This document shows positions 9,707 to 19,878 of a stretch of DNA of 64,000 bases, in pieces. A model generated the notes under the pieces. It saw only the letters and a program-made list of their open reading frames with translations. It ran no database searches and had not been told where the DNA came from. The translations under genes were made by a program, and so were the position numbers. Positions within the stretch are counted from its first letter, which is position 1, and the number at the start of each line of letters is the position of its first letter. Source of the DNA: Clostridia bacterium (lineage in GTDB: Bacteria; Bacillota; Clostridia; JAAYHZ01); contig JBMNIH010000002.1 in NCBI GenBank assembly GCA_050950825.1, positions 352,001 through 416,000 of the forward strand, written 5' to 3'.

Positions 9707-10858
9707 ATGATTAAGACCTACAAATTGAAAGACGTTGATTTTGGCAATGGATGGACGGATTATGTGGAGAATCGATGGGAATACAAGCAATTTATCGACA
9801 ACAAGGATTGGAGAGAAGGCTGGATTTCATTCGATTGCTGTTATTACCACAAAGACTCTAAAAGCCTTTTTTTAGGGGTCACGTCTTTTGACGGTGACAT
9901 ATTCTATGAATTCGACGTAGAAACAAAGGAATTCGTCAACATGGGATTCAAGAAAATCGGGAATCCTTACGATGCGAAATTCCACCGCTCGCTATGCTAT
10001 CATCCTCAAACCGAAACCTTGTATGCCGCCGTGGCTCTGCTCCATTGCACGGATCGATACAAGGAGGCTCCCGGAGGTGCGGTCGTTGCGGCATCCGTTG
10101 ACGGAAAGCGTCTTGAAAAATTGTCCGTCCCCATCCCTCATGTCTACATACAAGCTTGCGACATCGACATTGCGAACAACAAGCTGTACTTACAATTCTT
10201 CACGCCTGAGTACATCGGAGAATTTGATCTTTGTACAAGAGAGTTTCGCTTGTTAGGCTTAGCGGGATCCGGTATCGGCGGAATGGCACAGGGACAAAAC
10301 ATTCTTGTCGACAAGGAAGGAAATCTCTGGGGCGCATGGTGCTTGACAAGGGCTTGGCAGGATAAACCGGGAAAAGACGTCAATCGGATATTTATTAAAA
10401 AAGCTCATGAGCCGGAAATTACTTGGTTGAATATCGGGCTGCCTTACTCCGACGGCGAATACGGGTATAACAAGGCGGATGCGTTTTTTGAACTCGGCGA
10501 TGATCACCATATCTACGTCTCGGACGTCAAAGGAAGCTTGTATCGAATTTCCAAAGAAACCTATCAAGTAGACTTCTTGTTTAATCCCGTTCCTTACGGT
10601 AAAGGAAGATTTTCCGCCATGATCAAGGCGGCAAACGGAGATGTTTACGCGGCGGTTGGCAAAGACGAGGATTGCCAAATCATCAAAGTGAACCTTTGTG
10701 AAGGCACATATGAGAAAGTATGCTCTTTACAAGATCAAAACGGTATTGTATGCCGACAAATTCACCACATGACCGAAGGTCCTCACGGCATTCTGTATTG
10801 CTGCGAAAACGACAACCCGAAAAGAAGCAGCTATTTATGGGAAATCGATTTACGATAG
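9707..10858 (+). CDS. Hypothetical cytoplasmic beta-propeller protein
   Basis: Long ORF with AGGAGG SD; repeated blade-like segments; no signal peptide. Confidence 0.6.
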   Translation: MIKTYKLKDVDFGNGWTDYVENRWEYKQFIDNKDWREGWISFDCCYYHKDSKSLFLGVTSFDGDIFYEFDVETKEFVNMGFKKIGNPYDAKFHRSLCYHPQTETLYAAVALLHCTDRYKEAPGGAVVAASVDGKRLEKLSVPIPHVYIQACDIDIANNKLYLQFFTPEYIGEFDLCTREFRLLGLAGSGIGGMAQGQNILVDKEGNLWGAWCLTRAWQDKPGKDVNRIFIKKAHEPEITWLNIGLPYSDGEYGYNKADAFFELGDDHHIYVSDVKGSLYRISKETYQVDFLFNPVPYGKGRFSAMIKAANGDVYAAVGKDEDCQIIKVNLCEGTYEKVCSLQDQNGIVCRQIHHMTEGPHGILYCCENDNPKRSSYLWEIDLR

Positions 10859-10893
10859 TACAAAACAAACACTGAATATAGGATAAAAAGAAT

Positions 10894-11625
10894 ATGATCA
10901 TTCTTGATTGCAATGTCACTTTACCGTGCATGATGAAAAAGGAAAGTATACGGCAATATATGGAGGAGTATAAAATCCGGTATTGCGGTCTTCGAAGCCA
11001 ATATGCCGTAACATACCATCCTTTGGACGGGAACGCCGACTTATGGAATCTTGTGAAGGACAACCCTGCCATTTTACCGGTGTTTACCGCCCTACCTTCC
11101 GTGGGAGGTGATTTTCCGGACGAAGAAGAATTCGCCGCCGACGTTATAAAAAAGAAGGGAATCGGGGTATATTTCGAGCCCTTCGGTGACGAGCTAACGA
11201 AGTCCGCCTGTCTTTGGACCATGGGACGGTATTACGAGGTTTTATCCTCGTACAAGCTTCCTCTTATGATCAAGGCCGAAAAAATCTCCTTTCACGTTAT
11301 TTACGAGCTGTCAAAATCATATCCCTCATTAAAAATTGTGCTTTTGGACATCCGGTACGCTATGATAAAGGATTTATACGGGCTTTTGGATGCAACCCGG
11401 AACCTGTACTTGGAAACATCCGGTTTGAAGGGCTATCGGATGATTCATGATATTTGCAAAAAATACGGCGCCGTGCGCCTTGTATTCGGGTCAAGATTTC
11501 CCGTTTTTGAACCCGGCACTTCCTTAGCGGACCTTTTCTACATGGATGTAAGCCGTGAAGAAAAACAAATCGTAGCTTGCAACCCGCATGTGTTCGGCGA
11601 TTCGTTTCAAGAAGGGGGTCAATGA
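10894..11625 (+). CDS. Amidohydrolase-2 family protein, degenerate metal motif
   Basis: NLYLETS, RLVFGSRFP; DCNV in place of DxHxH. Confidence 0.65.
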   Translation: MIILDCNVTLPCMMKKESIRQYMEEYKIRYCGLRSQYAVTYHPLDGNADLWNLVKDNPAILPVFTALPSVGGDFPDEEEFAADVIKKKGIGVYFEPFGDELTKSACLWTMGRYYEVLSSYKLPLMIKAEKISFHVIYELSKSYPSLKIVLLDIRYAMIKDLYGLLDATRNLYLETSGLKGYRMIHDICKKYGAVRLVFGSRFPVFEPGTSLADLFYMDVSREEKQIVACNPHVFGDSFQEGGQ

Positions 11626-12416
11626 TGGATATCTCGGTTATTGAACGGTTTAAAAACGGCGAAGGCCTAAAAGGAATATGCATAAAGGACAGCCACATGC
11701 ATATCGGCAGGATTTATCATTTGCCCTTTTGCTCCGATACGGATACGATGACCAAAGATATGAAACGCTTTTCCATAACCGAAGGCCTTATATCCTGCAT
11801 ATTGAAATACAACGAACGGGAACCGGAAAACGATTATGTACTTCAGACCGTTCAAAAATATGCCGGCATTTTAAAAGGACAAATCTTTTTTTCTCCGACG
11901 GTGCATGGCGACCCCCGGGAGATGGTGGAGAAGTATTTTAAAACCGGCTTGTTTCGAGGGATCAAGATCCATCCCGAAATTAACGGTTTACCGGCAGATC
12001 ATAAAGGGTATTATCCTTTATATGAAATCGCCGGCTTCTACGGATTACCGGTACTTTTGCATACCTGGACGTTGAATAACGACATCCTGCCGGTCGCCAA
12101 ATTGGCGGCGGAATTTCCCGATACCGTCTTCGTCATGGGACATATGGGCGGAAAAGAACAAGCCTGCTTTGAGGCCTGTTTGGATATCGTAAAAAAGTAC
12201 GACAATGTGTATGCCGATACGGCCTTGTCATGGAGCTATCCCGGCAGGCTCGAATATGCCGTGAACAAGGTAAGTTCCGAAAAGATTTTGTTCGGTTCGG
12301 ACGCCAATTGGAACTCCATGCCGGCTTCCTTGGCAAGGGTGTTGTATGCAAAAATATCCTGTTCCCAAATGGAACATATCTTGTATAGGAATTACGACCG
12401 ATTGTACGGCGCATAA
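11622..12416 (+). CDS. Amidohydrolase-2 family protein
   Basis: DSHMH, GIKIHP, LLHT, GHMGG, ILFGSD; ATGA overlap with upstream gene. Confidence 0.85.
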   Translation: MMDISVIERFKNGEGLKGICIKDSHMHIGRIYHLPFCSDTDTMTKDMKRFSITEGLISCILKYNEREPENDYVLQTVQKYAGILKGQIFFSPTVHGDPREMVEKYFKTGLFRGIKIHPEINGLPADHKGYYPLYEIAGFYGLPVLLHTWTLNNDILPVAKLAAEFPDTVFVMGHMGGKEQACFEACLDIVKKYDNVYADTALSWSYPGRLEYAVNKVSSEKILFGSDANWNSMPASLARVLYAKISCSQMEHILYRNYDRLYGA

Positions 12417-12538
12417 CCCTTTTTCCTATAGGATGAAGGAATGGGATTGTACAAACAAAAAAGGAATACACGGTTTACAAGAATCTTTCGGTAACATATA
12501 ATAACCATAAAACGTGTTTTTGCATAGGAGGATAAAGA

Positions 12539-13549
12539 ATGACGATATTGGTCACCGGCGGCGCCGGATATATCGGCAGTCATACTTGCGTCGAGCTTTT
12601 GGAAGCGGGATACGATGCCGTGGTTGTTGACAATTTAAGCAACAGCGATAGAAAATCCATTGAACGTGTGGAAAAAATCACGGGGAAACCCCTCCCCTTA
12701 TATACATCCGATTTACTGGATATAGATGCATTAAACCGCATATTCGAAAAACACACCATCGATACGGTAATTCATTTTGCAGGCTATAAAGCCGTAGGAG
12801 AATCGGTTGCGAAGCCTTTGAAGTATTACGAAAACAATCTTGTCGGAACCATCCGACTGTTACAATGTATGAAGGAACACAACGTGAAAAACATCGTGTT
12901 CAGTTCTTCCGCCACGGTTTACGGAGATCCGCATAAGGTTCCCATTACGGAGGACTTTCCCATTCAAGCCACCAATCCTTACGGACGAAGCAAGCTTATG
13001 ATCGAAGAGATCTTAAGGGACTTGTATAAATCCGATTCGAGCTGGAATATCGCCATATTGCGATACTTTAATCCCGTAGGCGCTCACAAAAGCGGATTGA
13101 TCGGAGAAGATCCCAACGATATTCCCAACAACCTGGTCCCCTATATCTCCCAAGTGGCCATCGGAAAGTTAAAAGAATTAAGGGTATTCGGAAACGATTA
13201 CCCTACCCCGGACGGAACCGGAGTACGGGATTACATTCATGTCATCGATTTGGCTTTAGGACACATTAAAGCCGTTGAGAAAATACGCCAAAACCCGGGT
13301 CTTTTTACGGTGAACTTAGGTACGGGCAGAGGCTACAGCGTATTGGAAATGATCAAGGCCTTCGAAAAAGCAAGCGGAAGAAAGATCCCTTATATTTTTA
13401 CGGACCGCCGCCCGGGCGATATCGCCGTCTGTTACGCCGATCCTACCAAGGCTTACGAGCTTTTAGGATGGAAAGCGGAAAGAGACATCGACGAGATGTG
13501 CGAAGATACGTGGCGCTGGCAAACCATGAATCCCAACGGATACAAATAA
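12539..13549 (+). CDS. galE: UDP-glucose 4-epimerase
   Basis: [32 protein letters not shown]. Confidence 0.97.
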   Translation: MTILVTGGAGYIGSHTCVELLEAGYDAVVVDNLSNSDRKSIERVEKITGKPLPLYTSDLLDIDALNRIFEKHTIDTVIHFAGYKAVGESVAKPLKYYENNLVGTIRLLQCMKEHNVKNIVFSSSATVYGDPHKVPITEDFPIQATNPYGRSKLMIEEILRDLYKSDSSWNIAILRYFNPVGAHKSGLIGEDPNDIPNNLVPYISQVAIGKLKELRVFGNDYPTPDGTGVRDYIHVIDLALGHIKAVEKIRQNPGLFTVNLGTGRGYSVLEMIKAFEKASGRKIPYIFTDRRPGDIAVCYADPTKAYELLGWKAERDIDEMCEDTWRWQTMNPNGYK

Positions 13550-13562
13550 CTAAAATAACCGG

Positions 13563-13595
13563 AAGGGAAATGCATCGGCTGCATTTCCCTTTTTT
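13563..13595 (+). terminator. Intrinsic terminator after galE
   Basis: aagggaaatgca-tcggc-tgcatttccctttttt. Confidence 0.8.
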
Positions 13596-13601
13596 CATCT
13601 T

Positions 13602-14657
13602 TTATCGATCGATTCGGTTGACATGGTCGGCTAAAAACAGCCCGCTTGAAATGTCCGTTCCTTCTTTCAGCTTGACTTTTTTTCCTTCGCAGCGAAGAAT
13701 TACGTTTTCCACACCGTCGATTTGCTTGGCCGCCAAATAGATTTGGGATATCATCTCCATTTCCTTTTCCAAGCCGGAATAGTTTAAAAGGTTGGAATTG
13801 AAATCCAAAATCACCGTATTGGCCGAGTATTTACATTCCTCCAGCCGTGCATTGACGGGCAGCGCCGTTTCAAAGCTTTCCGCAAGATTGTTCATGGAGT
13901 CGAAGATCATGTAGGCCTGGTCCTCCACGGTCATAACCTCTACCTGTTTGGAAATCGGTATGCACCACTTGTTGTTATGCTCGTCCTTGATCCACATATA
14001 GGAGTCGAATTTGGCGTATCCCTGGGTAACAATGGTCTGATCTGCGTTGATCATGACGTTTTTACGGGTCAGCACCCCCGATATGTCGGTTTCGTAGGGC
14101 ATGGTCTTCACTTTGCTTCCGTTAACCGTAATGCTGACGCCGGATACGGTATCGAAGGATGTCAGCGTATACACAATGGACACCACCATGTTTTGTTCTT
14201 GATTTTTCGATAAAGGATTTAAAAACACGTCGTTCAAGTCCAAATGGGCAATGCTGTTTTTAATCGTTAAGCTCAACACCTTCAAGTCCTGAGGCAAAAC
14301 CGGGTACAATCCGTATCCTCGAATCTCGTTTTGCGTGATGGGATAATTGATTAATGCAATGATGCTCGCCCGTTCGATATTGTCCTGTTTTAAAATGCTT
14401 CTGCGTACCGGAATCAAATATCCGTTATCGTTTTGATAGTACAATACCGTTTCTACGGTAGGAAAGTCGGGCGGCTTTTCCGTTGCTTCCATAAATGCCG
14501 CCGCCATCACGCCTACGGCTCCGTCCTCTTCTCTTTCCATACCGTTATACAGCACTTTACCGGAAGGGTTCTTGTCGCTGTACATGGTCAAGACCCCGCA
14601 TCCGGACAAGCCGAACAAAATGATAAGTATGATGACAAACCCTGTTATTCTCTTCAT
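13602..14657 (-). CDS. GerMN-domain lipoprotein (GerM-like)
   Basis: Lipobox LSGC; YLIPV, SIVYTLTSF; two GerMN repeats. Confidence 0.85.
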   Translation of the reverse strand: MKRITGFVIILIILFGLSGCGVLTMYSDKNPSGKVLYNGMEREEDGAVGVMAAAFMEATEKPPDFPTVETVLYYQNDNGYLIPVRRSILKQDNIERASIIALINYPITQNEIRGYGLYPVLPQDLKVLSLTIKNSIAHLDLNDVFLNPLSKNQEQNMVVSIVYTLTSFDTVSGVSITVNGSKVKTMPYETDISGVLTRKNVMINADQTIVTQGYAKFDSYMWIKDEHNNKWCIPISKQVEVMTVEDQAYMIFDSMNNLAESFETALPVNARLEECKYSANTVILDFNSNLLNYSGLEKEMEMISQIYLAAKQIDGVENVILRCEGKKVKLKEGTDISSGLFLADHVNRIDR

Positions 14658-14687
14658 GGTATCCTCCCCGCCTATGGAAAAGAAATT

Positions 14688-14717
14688 AAAAAACCGGATA
14701 TATAAATATATCCGGTT
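14688..14717 (-). terminator. Intrinsic terminator after amidase gene
   Basis: aaccggatata-ttta-tatatccggtt followed by T run on minus strand. Confidence 0.7.
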
Positions 14718-14767
14718 ACAGGTTCAATTATTATTCTTTTGCCCTCATTATGTCATTTCCCGGCTGC

Positions 14768-16918
14768 TTATCTTCCGATAAAGTCCATGATACCGTTTGC
14801 GATGGCTTCCGCCGCCTTTGCACGGAATTGGGCGGTGCAAAGAAGGGTAAAATCGATGTCGCCCGACATGAAAGCTACTTCCACCAAAGCGGAAGGCATG
14901 GCGGTTCCCTGAAGAACGATGTATTCGTTTTGCACCCGAATACCTCTGTCGGGCATGCCCAAGTCCTTAGTCAAGCGATTCAAAATGACGGAGGCCAGCG
15001 CTTTTCCTTGGGTGCTTGCGCTATGATAAAATACCATGGAGCCGTTGACGCTGCTGTTGTTTTCCAAGGCGTTGTTATGAATGCTTACGAACCAGGATGC
15101 ATTTAACGCATTGGCGATATAGGCACGTTCATAAAGGCCGACGTAGCTGTCATCCTCTCGGATTATGTAAGTGTTAATCCCTCGGGATTCCAAGATTTCC
15201 TGGACCGTCAATGCAATATCCAAGTTCAGGTTCTTTTCGTAAACACCGTTGTAAACGGCACCCACTTCTTTACCGCCGTGGCCCGGGTCAATCACAACCA
15301 AACGGTCCTCTTTTTTCGCTTGCTTCACCAGTGTAATGGCCGTATTGTTTACATCATATCGATAAATGACGGTATGGACCATGGGTTCGGCCATATGAAT
15401 GGTAATGATGTTGTTGCCGGTCCGGGAGTCTTTTTCCAATATAATTTCATTGACCGTTCCGTCGTAGACGGAAATGGTACCGGTTGACAGGCTTCCGTAC
15501 TTGGACGGAAAAGTGATTTGCAGAGTTTTCCCGCCGTTTAACGAGGCGGACGTATAGTAGCGTGTCAAGGTTTTGCTTCCTTCGGTCAGCTGCACTCCGT
15601 TTAACAAGATGGCGGTGCGATCTCCGACGGAATGATAAGTAACGTTTCCTCGGGTTATGATATTCTTCTTGTTCTTATTTACCCAGGGTCCCGAAGCTGT
15701 AGGCTGCGCTTTGAAGACCAAATTCGTTCCGACGTTACCCGAGAGGACGGGTACGATCTCAATATCGCAGGTTACGGGTGTCTCTACGGTAATGCGGGTA
15801 TATTCCATAATCCGATTGTATCGGGAAGAAACGGTGTTTATCGTGCCGTCCTTCAGATTGAAGAATTGCTCCTCCGGCACGCCCGCCGACTTCTTTATTT
15901 CCAAAACGAATTTCTTTCCGTCCGCCGCTTTCCATAAGTCGTATGTACCGTTTTGCAGTACAATTCCTTCTAAAAACAAAGCGGAGGTACGTTCGTCGGT
16001 CTTTTTATACGTCATTTTCTTTTGTACGATACCTTCTTGTACCGGGCTTTCCGTATTTCCCGATTCGGCTTTTTCTCCTACGGTGGAATCGGTGCCTTCT
16101 TTCGGCGGTTGGGCTTTTTTCCCTACCGTTATTTGCAAACGGTTATTTGCCATAACGTATTCAAAATCCGGACTTCCCGACAAATCCAAAGCCATACCGA
16201 CGATATCCTTGTCGAATCGAGTATATCGGACGTTTTGCACCGATCGGCCGTTCACCGCTATGGTCTGTTGGCCGTCCTTTTTATTGGCACCGTAGATGCG
16301 CACCGCAATTCGCTCGGGAAGATTGTCGGCTGCAGCCACTCGAAATACGTCGGTTTTGTAGTCCCGATCCATCATAACTCTCAAATCGAACTCGGCATCG
16401 TAGCTCCAAAACTTCATACCCTTGATACCTTCCACGTCTTTTGCATAGGAGGATCGATTAACGGAAACGGTTCTTTTTTCGGAGTCTACGGAAACATTGA
16501 TATCAAAAACGTCAAAAAGGATATCCAAAGGCACTACGGTTACGCCGTCGATGGTGGTAACGTTATAGCCCAAATCTCGCGTTTGGTTATTGACGATACA
16601 AGTAGACCGGTTCATGGTAAAAACAAGGGTGTTACCATCCAAGAGAGCGGTTGCCGATGCGGTTTGACCGTCCCAAGATATGGTTCCGCCTAATCCTTCA
16701 ATGACCGGTCGTAAAGGAACCGTCAAACAAGACCCGTCAATCACGGGTAATACGCCGCTTTGTACGGAATTACCGTTCACGGTCAGCGAGAAATAAGGTC
16801 CAATTTCTTTTTCAACGTATTGGATATATCCGTATTTGACGGTTTTTGCTTCAACCGCTGACGATGAAATTGAAAAGAAAAAACAGCACAGAAGTATTGT
16901 TGCTATAAACTTTCTCAA
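14768..16918 (-). CDS. N-acetylmuramoyl-L-alanine amidase (Amidase_3) with copper-amine-oxidase N-terminal and AMIN-like domains
   Basis: Signal peptide; VPLRPVIEGLG; IDPGHGG, FVSIHNN, ALVEVAFMS. Confidence 0.9.
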   Translation of the reverse strand: MRKFIATILLCCFFFSISSSAVEAKTVKYGYIQYVEKEIGPYFSLTVNGNSVQSGVLPVIDGSCLTVPLRPVIEGLGGTISWDGQTASATALLDGNTLVFTMNRSTCIVNNQTRDLGYNVTTIDGVTVVPLDILFDVFDINVSVDSEKRTVSVNRSSYAKDVEGIKGMKFWSYDAEFDLRVMMDRDYKTDVFRVAAADNLPERIAVRIYGANKKDGQQTIAVNGRSVQNVRYTRFDKDIVGMALDLSGSPDFEYVMANNRLQITVGKKAQPPKEGTDSTVGEKAESGNTESPVQEGIVQKKMTYKKTDERTSALFLEGIVLQNGTYDLWKAADGKKFVLEIKKSAGVPEEQFFNLKDGTINTVSSRYNRIMEYTRITVETPVTCDIEIVPVLSGNVGTNLVFKAQPTASGPWVNKNKKNIITRGNVTYHSVGDRTAILLNGVQLTEGSKTLTRYYTSASLNGGKTLQITFPSKYGSLSTGTISVYDGTVNEIILEKDSRTGNNIITIHMAEPMVHTVIYRYDVNNTAITLVKQAKKEDRLVVIDPGHGGKEVGAVYNGVYEKNLNLDIALTVQEILESRGINTYIIREDDSYVGLYERAYIANALNASWFVSIHNNALENNSSVNGSMVFYHSASTQGKALASVILNRLTKDLGMPDRGIRVQNEYIVLQGTAMPSALVEVAFMSGDIDFTLLCTAQFRAKAAEAIANGIMDFIGR

Positions 16919-17094
16919 AAGTTATCCCCTACCCTATTCGAATGAAATTGCCTGCGGTTTGCTGCCAACTTCATATTTTTTAAATATATTTTCCCCTGAC
17001 ATCAACCTTTAAGCCCATTATATACCAAAGGACCTCTCTTTGAACAGACACAAACAAACTGTATCATGAATGTAATACAGTTGAAAAAAATAAT

Positions 17095-17652
17095 TTAATC
17101 CCATGTAATTTTTTCTTTAAAAGGAGATGCGTTATAGGAGTGAATGCATCCGCAATATTTCTGGCGGTATAACCCCATTTCCTTGGCCATGGATTGGCCT
17201 TGTCGAAAACCCGCCCGAAAGTCCCGATACAAAAAGGGAATCTTGAACTCTTCCTCGAATTCCAAAGCAATTTCCCTCATCAATTCGTGGTTCTGATAAG
17301 GACTTACAAACAAGGTGGATGTAAAACCGCCGTATCCATTTTCTTTTGCAAAACGGGCGGCTTCTTTCAGCCGCATTTTGTAGCACATAACGCAGCGATT
17401 CGGATCATCCGGAGCATAAGCTTCCCATCGCTCTTGAAGAAAGTCCTCGCTTATATGAACATTTAAATTCTTAATCCGAGCATAAGTCAAGAAGGTTTCT
17501 TTTCTTCTTGAAAACTCCTTTAGAGGGTGAATATTCGGATTGAAAAAGTATGCTTCAAGGTCAAACCCTTCCTCCCGCAGCCGCTCCACGGGCCATACGG
17601 CGCAGGGACCGCAGCAGGCATGAAGGAGGATTTTTTCATTTTCAGGCTTCAT
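17095..17652 (-). CDS. queH: Epoxyqueuosine reductase QueH (DUF208)
   Basis: [30 protein letters not shown]; ATGA overlap with ruvB. Confidence 0.9.
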   Translation of the reverse strand: MKPENEKILLHACCGPCAVWPVERLREEGFDLEAYFFNPNIHPLKEFSRRKETFLTYARIKNLNVHISEDFLQERWEAYAPDDPNRCVMCYKMRLKEAARFAKENGYGGFTSTLFVSPYQNHELMREIALEFEEEFKIPFLYRDFRAGFRQGQSMAKEMGLYRQKYCGCIHSYNASPFKEKITWD

Positions 17653-18668
17653 ATAATGGGAATATCTCCTTTGTATTTGATTCCAAAGTGTTCATAGGCA
17701 TTCATGCTGACGACCCGTCCCCGAGGCGTCTTTTTGATGAATCCTAACTGCATTAGATAAGGCTCGTAAACGTCCTCGATAGTGTCGTTTTCTTCGCCGA
17801 TGCAAGCGGCCAAGGTATCCAACCCCACGGGGCCTCCGTCAAATTTTTCGATGATACTTAAAATCAAATTTTTATCGATGCGGTCCAGCCCCAACGGATC
17901 GATTTCCAAGGCATTCAAAGCCATCCGTGCGATATCAAGGTCAATCACGCCTTTTCCTTTGACCTGGGCAAAATCCCGGACTCTTTTTAAAAGACGGTTA
18001 GCGATTCTCGGCGTTCCCCGAGATCGGGAAGCGATTTCCCGAGCTCCGTCCTCCGTAATGGGAACATCCAGGATGGCCGCCGATCGTTTAATGATGGTTT
18101 TCAATTCATCGGGATCATACATCTCCAAACGAAACAAAACTCCGAAACGATCCCGAAGAGGATGAGTCAACAGTCCGATTCGGGTGGTGGCTCCGATTAA
18201 GGTGAATTTCGGCAAATCGATACGGATGGAACGGGCGCCCGGTCCTTTTCCGATGATGATGTCCAAGGCCCGGTCTTCCATAGCCGGATAAAGAATTTCT
18301 TCCACGCTTCGGTTTAAGCGGTGAATCTCGTCGATAAAAAGTACGTCGTGTTCCCCGAGATTGGTCAAAATGGCGGCCAAGTCTCCCGCCTTTTCAATGG
18401 CGGGGCCGGATGTAATCCGAAAGTTGACGCCCATTTCCGTTGCAATGATATTGGCCAAGGTGGTTTTACCCAATCCGGGAGGTCCGTATAAAAGAACGTG
18501 GTCAAGAGGCTCTCTTCTTTCCAAGGCCGCTTGAATAAATACTTTTAAATTTTCTTTTACCTTCGTTTGTCCGAAAAAGTCGTCCAGCTTTTTCGGTCGT
18601 AAACCGGATTCGTTCTTATCTTGTGTACCGGCGTTTGGATCCATTAACCGTTCATCCAAATCCATCAA
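17649..18668 (-). CDS. ruvB: Holliday junction helicase RuvB
   Basis: [31 protein letters not shown]. Confidence 0.98.
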   Translation of the reverse strand: MMDLDERLMDPNAGTQDKNESGLRPKKLDDFFGQTKVKENLKVFIQAALERREPLDHVLLYGPPGLGKTTLANIIATEMGVNFRITSGPAIEKAGDLAAILTNLGEHDVLFIDEIHRLNRSVEEILYPAMEDRALDIIIGKGPGARSIRIDLPKFTLIGATTRIGLLTHPLRDRFGVLFRLEMYDPDELKTIIKRSAAILDVPITEDGAREIASRSRGTPRIANRLLKRVRDFAQVKGKGVIDLDIARMALNALEIDPLGLDRIDKNLILSIIEKFDGGPVGLDTLAACIGEENDTIEDVYEPYLMQLGFIKKTPRGRVVSMNAYEHFGIKYKGDIPII

Positions 18669-18689
18669 GCCTCTTCACCCTTTCACACG

Positions 18690-19298
18690 TTATATCTTGC
18701 AGGAAGATAATTTCTTTAAAGACTGCCTTATTAAGTCTTCTACCGTTTCGCATTCGTCGAGAACGCTTTTTACAGCATCCCTCGCTTCTCTTCCGGTATA
18801 TCCTAGCACAATAAGAGCGTTTACCGCCTCCGCAAATCGCAAATCTTTCCGATCGATATCTTTTTCGATTATCGGTTCGAACTCTTCTTTTCTTATCTTG
18901 CTTACTTTGTCCTTCAACTCAAGAATAATCCTTTGGGCGGTTTTCTTCCCTATTCCTTTCGCTTGGGCTAAAGCTTCCGCATCCTCGGAAACAACGGCCA
19001 AACCGAAGGCGGCAGGTGTTAAAGCCGATAATATGGCTATTGCCGCTTTCGGACCTACGCCGGATACCGAAAGGAGCATAACAAACACATCTCTTTCTTC
19101 CGCCGTAGAAAAACCGAACAGCGTCCAACCGTCTTCCCGCACATGAAGATACGTATATATTTTCACATCGTCCCCGCAATTACCCGTATGAGCCAAGGTA
19201 TTCAAAGAGGTATACACCTTGTATCCTATAGAGCCGGTATCGATGGTCAGATAATCGTCGGACTTTCTTTCTATTTTACCCTTAATGTATTCGTACAT
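18690..19298 (-). CDS. ruvA: Holliday junction DNA-binding protein RuvA
   Basis: MYEYIKG, HVRED, VSGVGPK, GIGKKTAQRIILELK. Confidence 0.97.
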   Translation of the reverse strand: MYEYIKGKIERKSDDYLTIDTGSIGYKVYTSLNTLAHTGNCGDDVKIYTYLHVREDGWTLFGFSTAEERDVFVMLLSVSGVGPKAAIAILSALTPAAFGLAVVSEDAEALAQAKGIGKKTAQRIILELKDKVSKIRKEEFEPIIEKDIDRKDLRFAEAVNALIVLGYTGREARDAVKSVLDECETVEDLIRQSLKKLSSCKI

Positions 19299-19323
19299 GA
19301 ATAAATCCTTTGACTTATATTTT

Positions 19324-19815
19324 TCATCTCTTGGAACAACATATTCCCGTACCGGAATGGGCGTGGCACACGGATACGGCCAATGCGTCGGCGGCATCGT
19401 CCGGCTTCGGGATGCTGTTTAAATTCAGTATGATTTTGATCATCTGCTGCATCTGGGCTTTATCCGCCCTTCCGTATCCGGTAACGGCGATCTTTACTTG
19501 CAGCGGCGTATATTCAAAAACGGGCAGTCCGCATTTCATGACCTCGTACAATACGACTCCCCTGCTTTGTGCAACCGAAATGGCCGTTTTTAAATTGGTA
19601 TTGAAAAACAGCTCTTCTACGGCAACGGCATCCGGCTTGTACATGGAAAGCAAATTCCCCACTTCGGTCCCTAAAATATGCAGCCTCTTAGGTAGCGGTA
19701 TTCCGGCATCCGTCCGAATAACGCCGTAGTCGATTACGGTAAATCGATTGCCTTCGTATTTAATTACTCCGTACCCGGTAATGGCAAAGCCCGGGTCAAT
19801 ACCCATTATGATCAT
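19324..19815 (-). CDS. ruvC: Crossover junction endodeoxyribonuclease RuvC
   Basis: [23 protein letters not shown]. Confidence 0.97.
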   Translation of the reverse strand: MIIMGIDPGFAITGYGVIKYEGNRFTVIDYGVIRTDAGIPLPKRLHILGTEVGNLLSMYKPDAVAVEELFFNTNLKTAISVAQSRGVVLYEVMKCGLPVFEYTPLQVKIAVTGYGRADKAQMQQMIKIILNLNSIPKPDDAADALAVSVCHAHSGTGICCSKR

Positions 19816-19878
19816 GTTAGCCATTATATCATTATTTCTCGGCATGAACAAGTCGAAAGAACAATCGTTTCCTATCCC

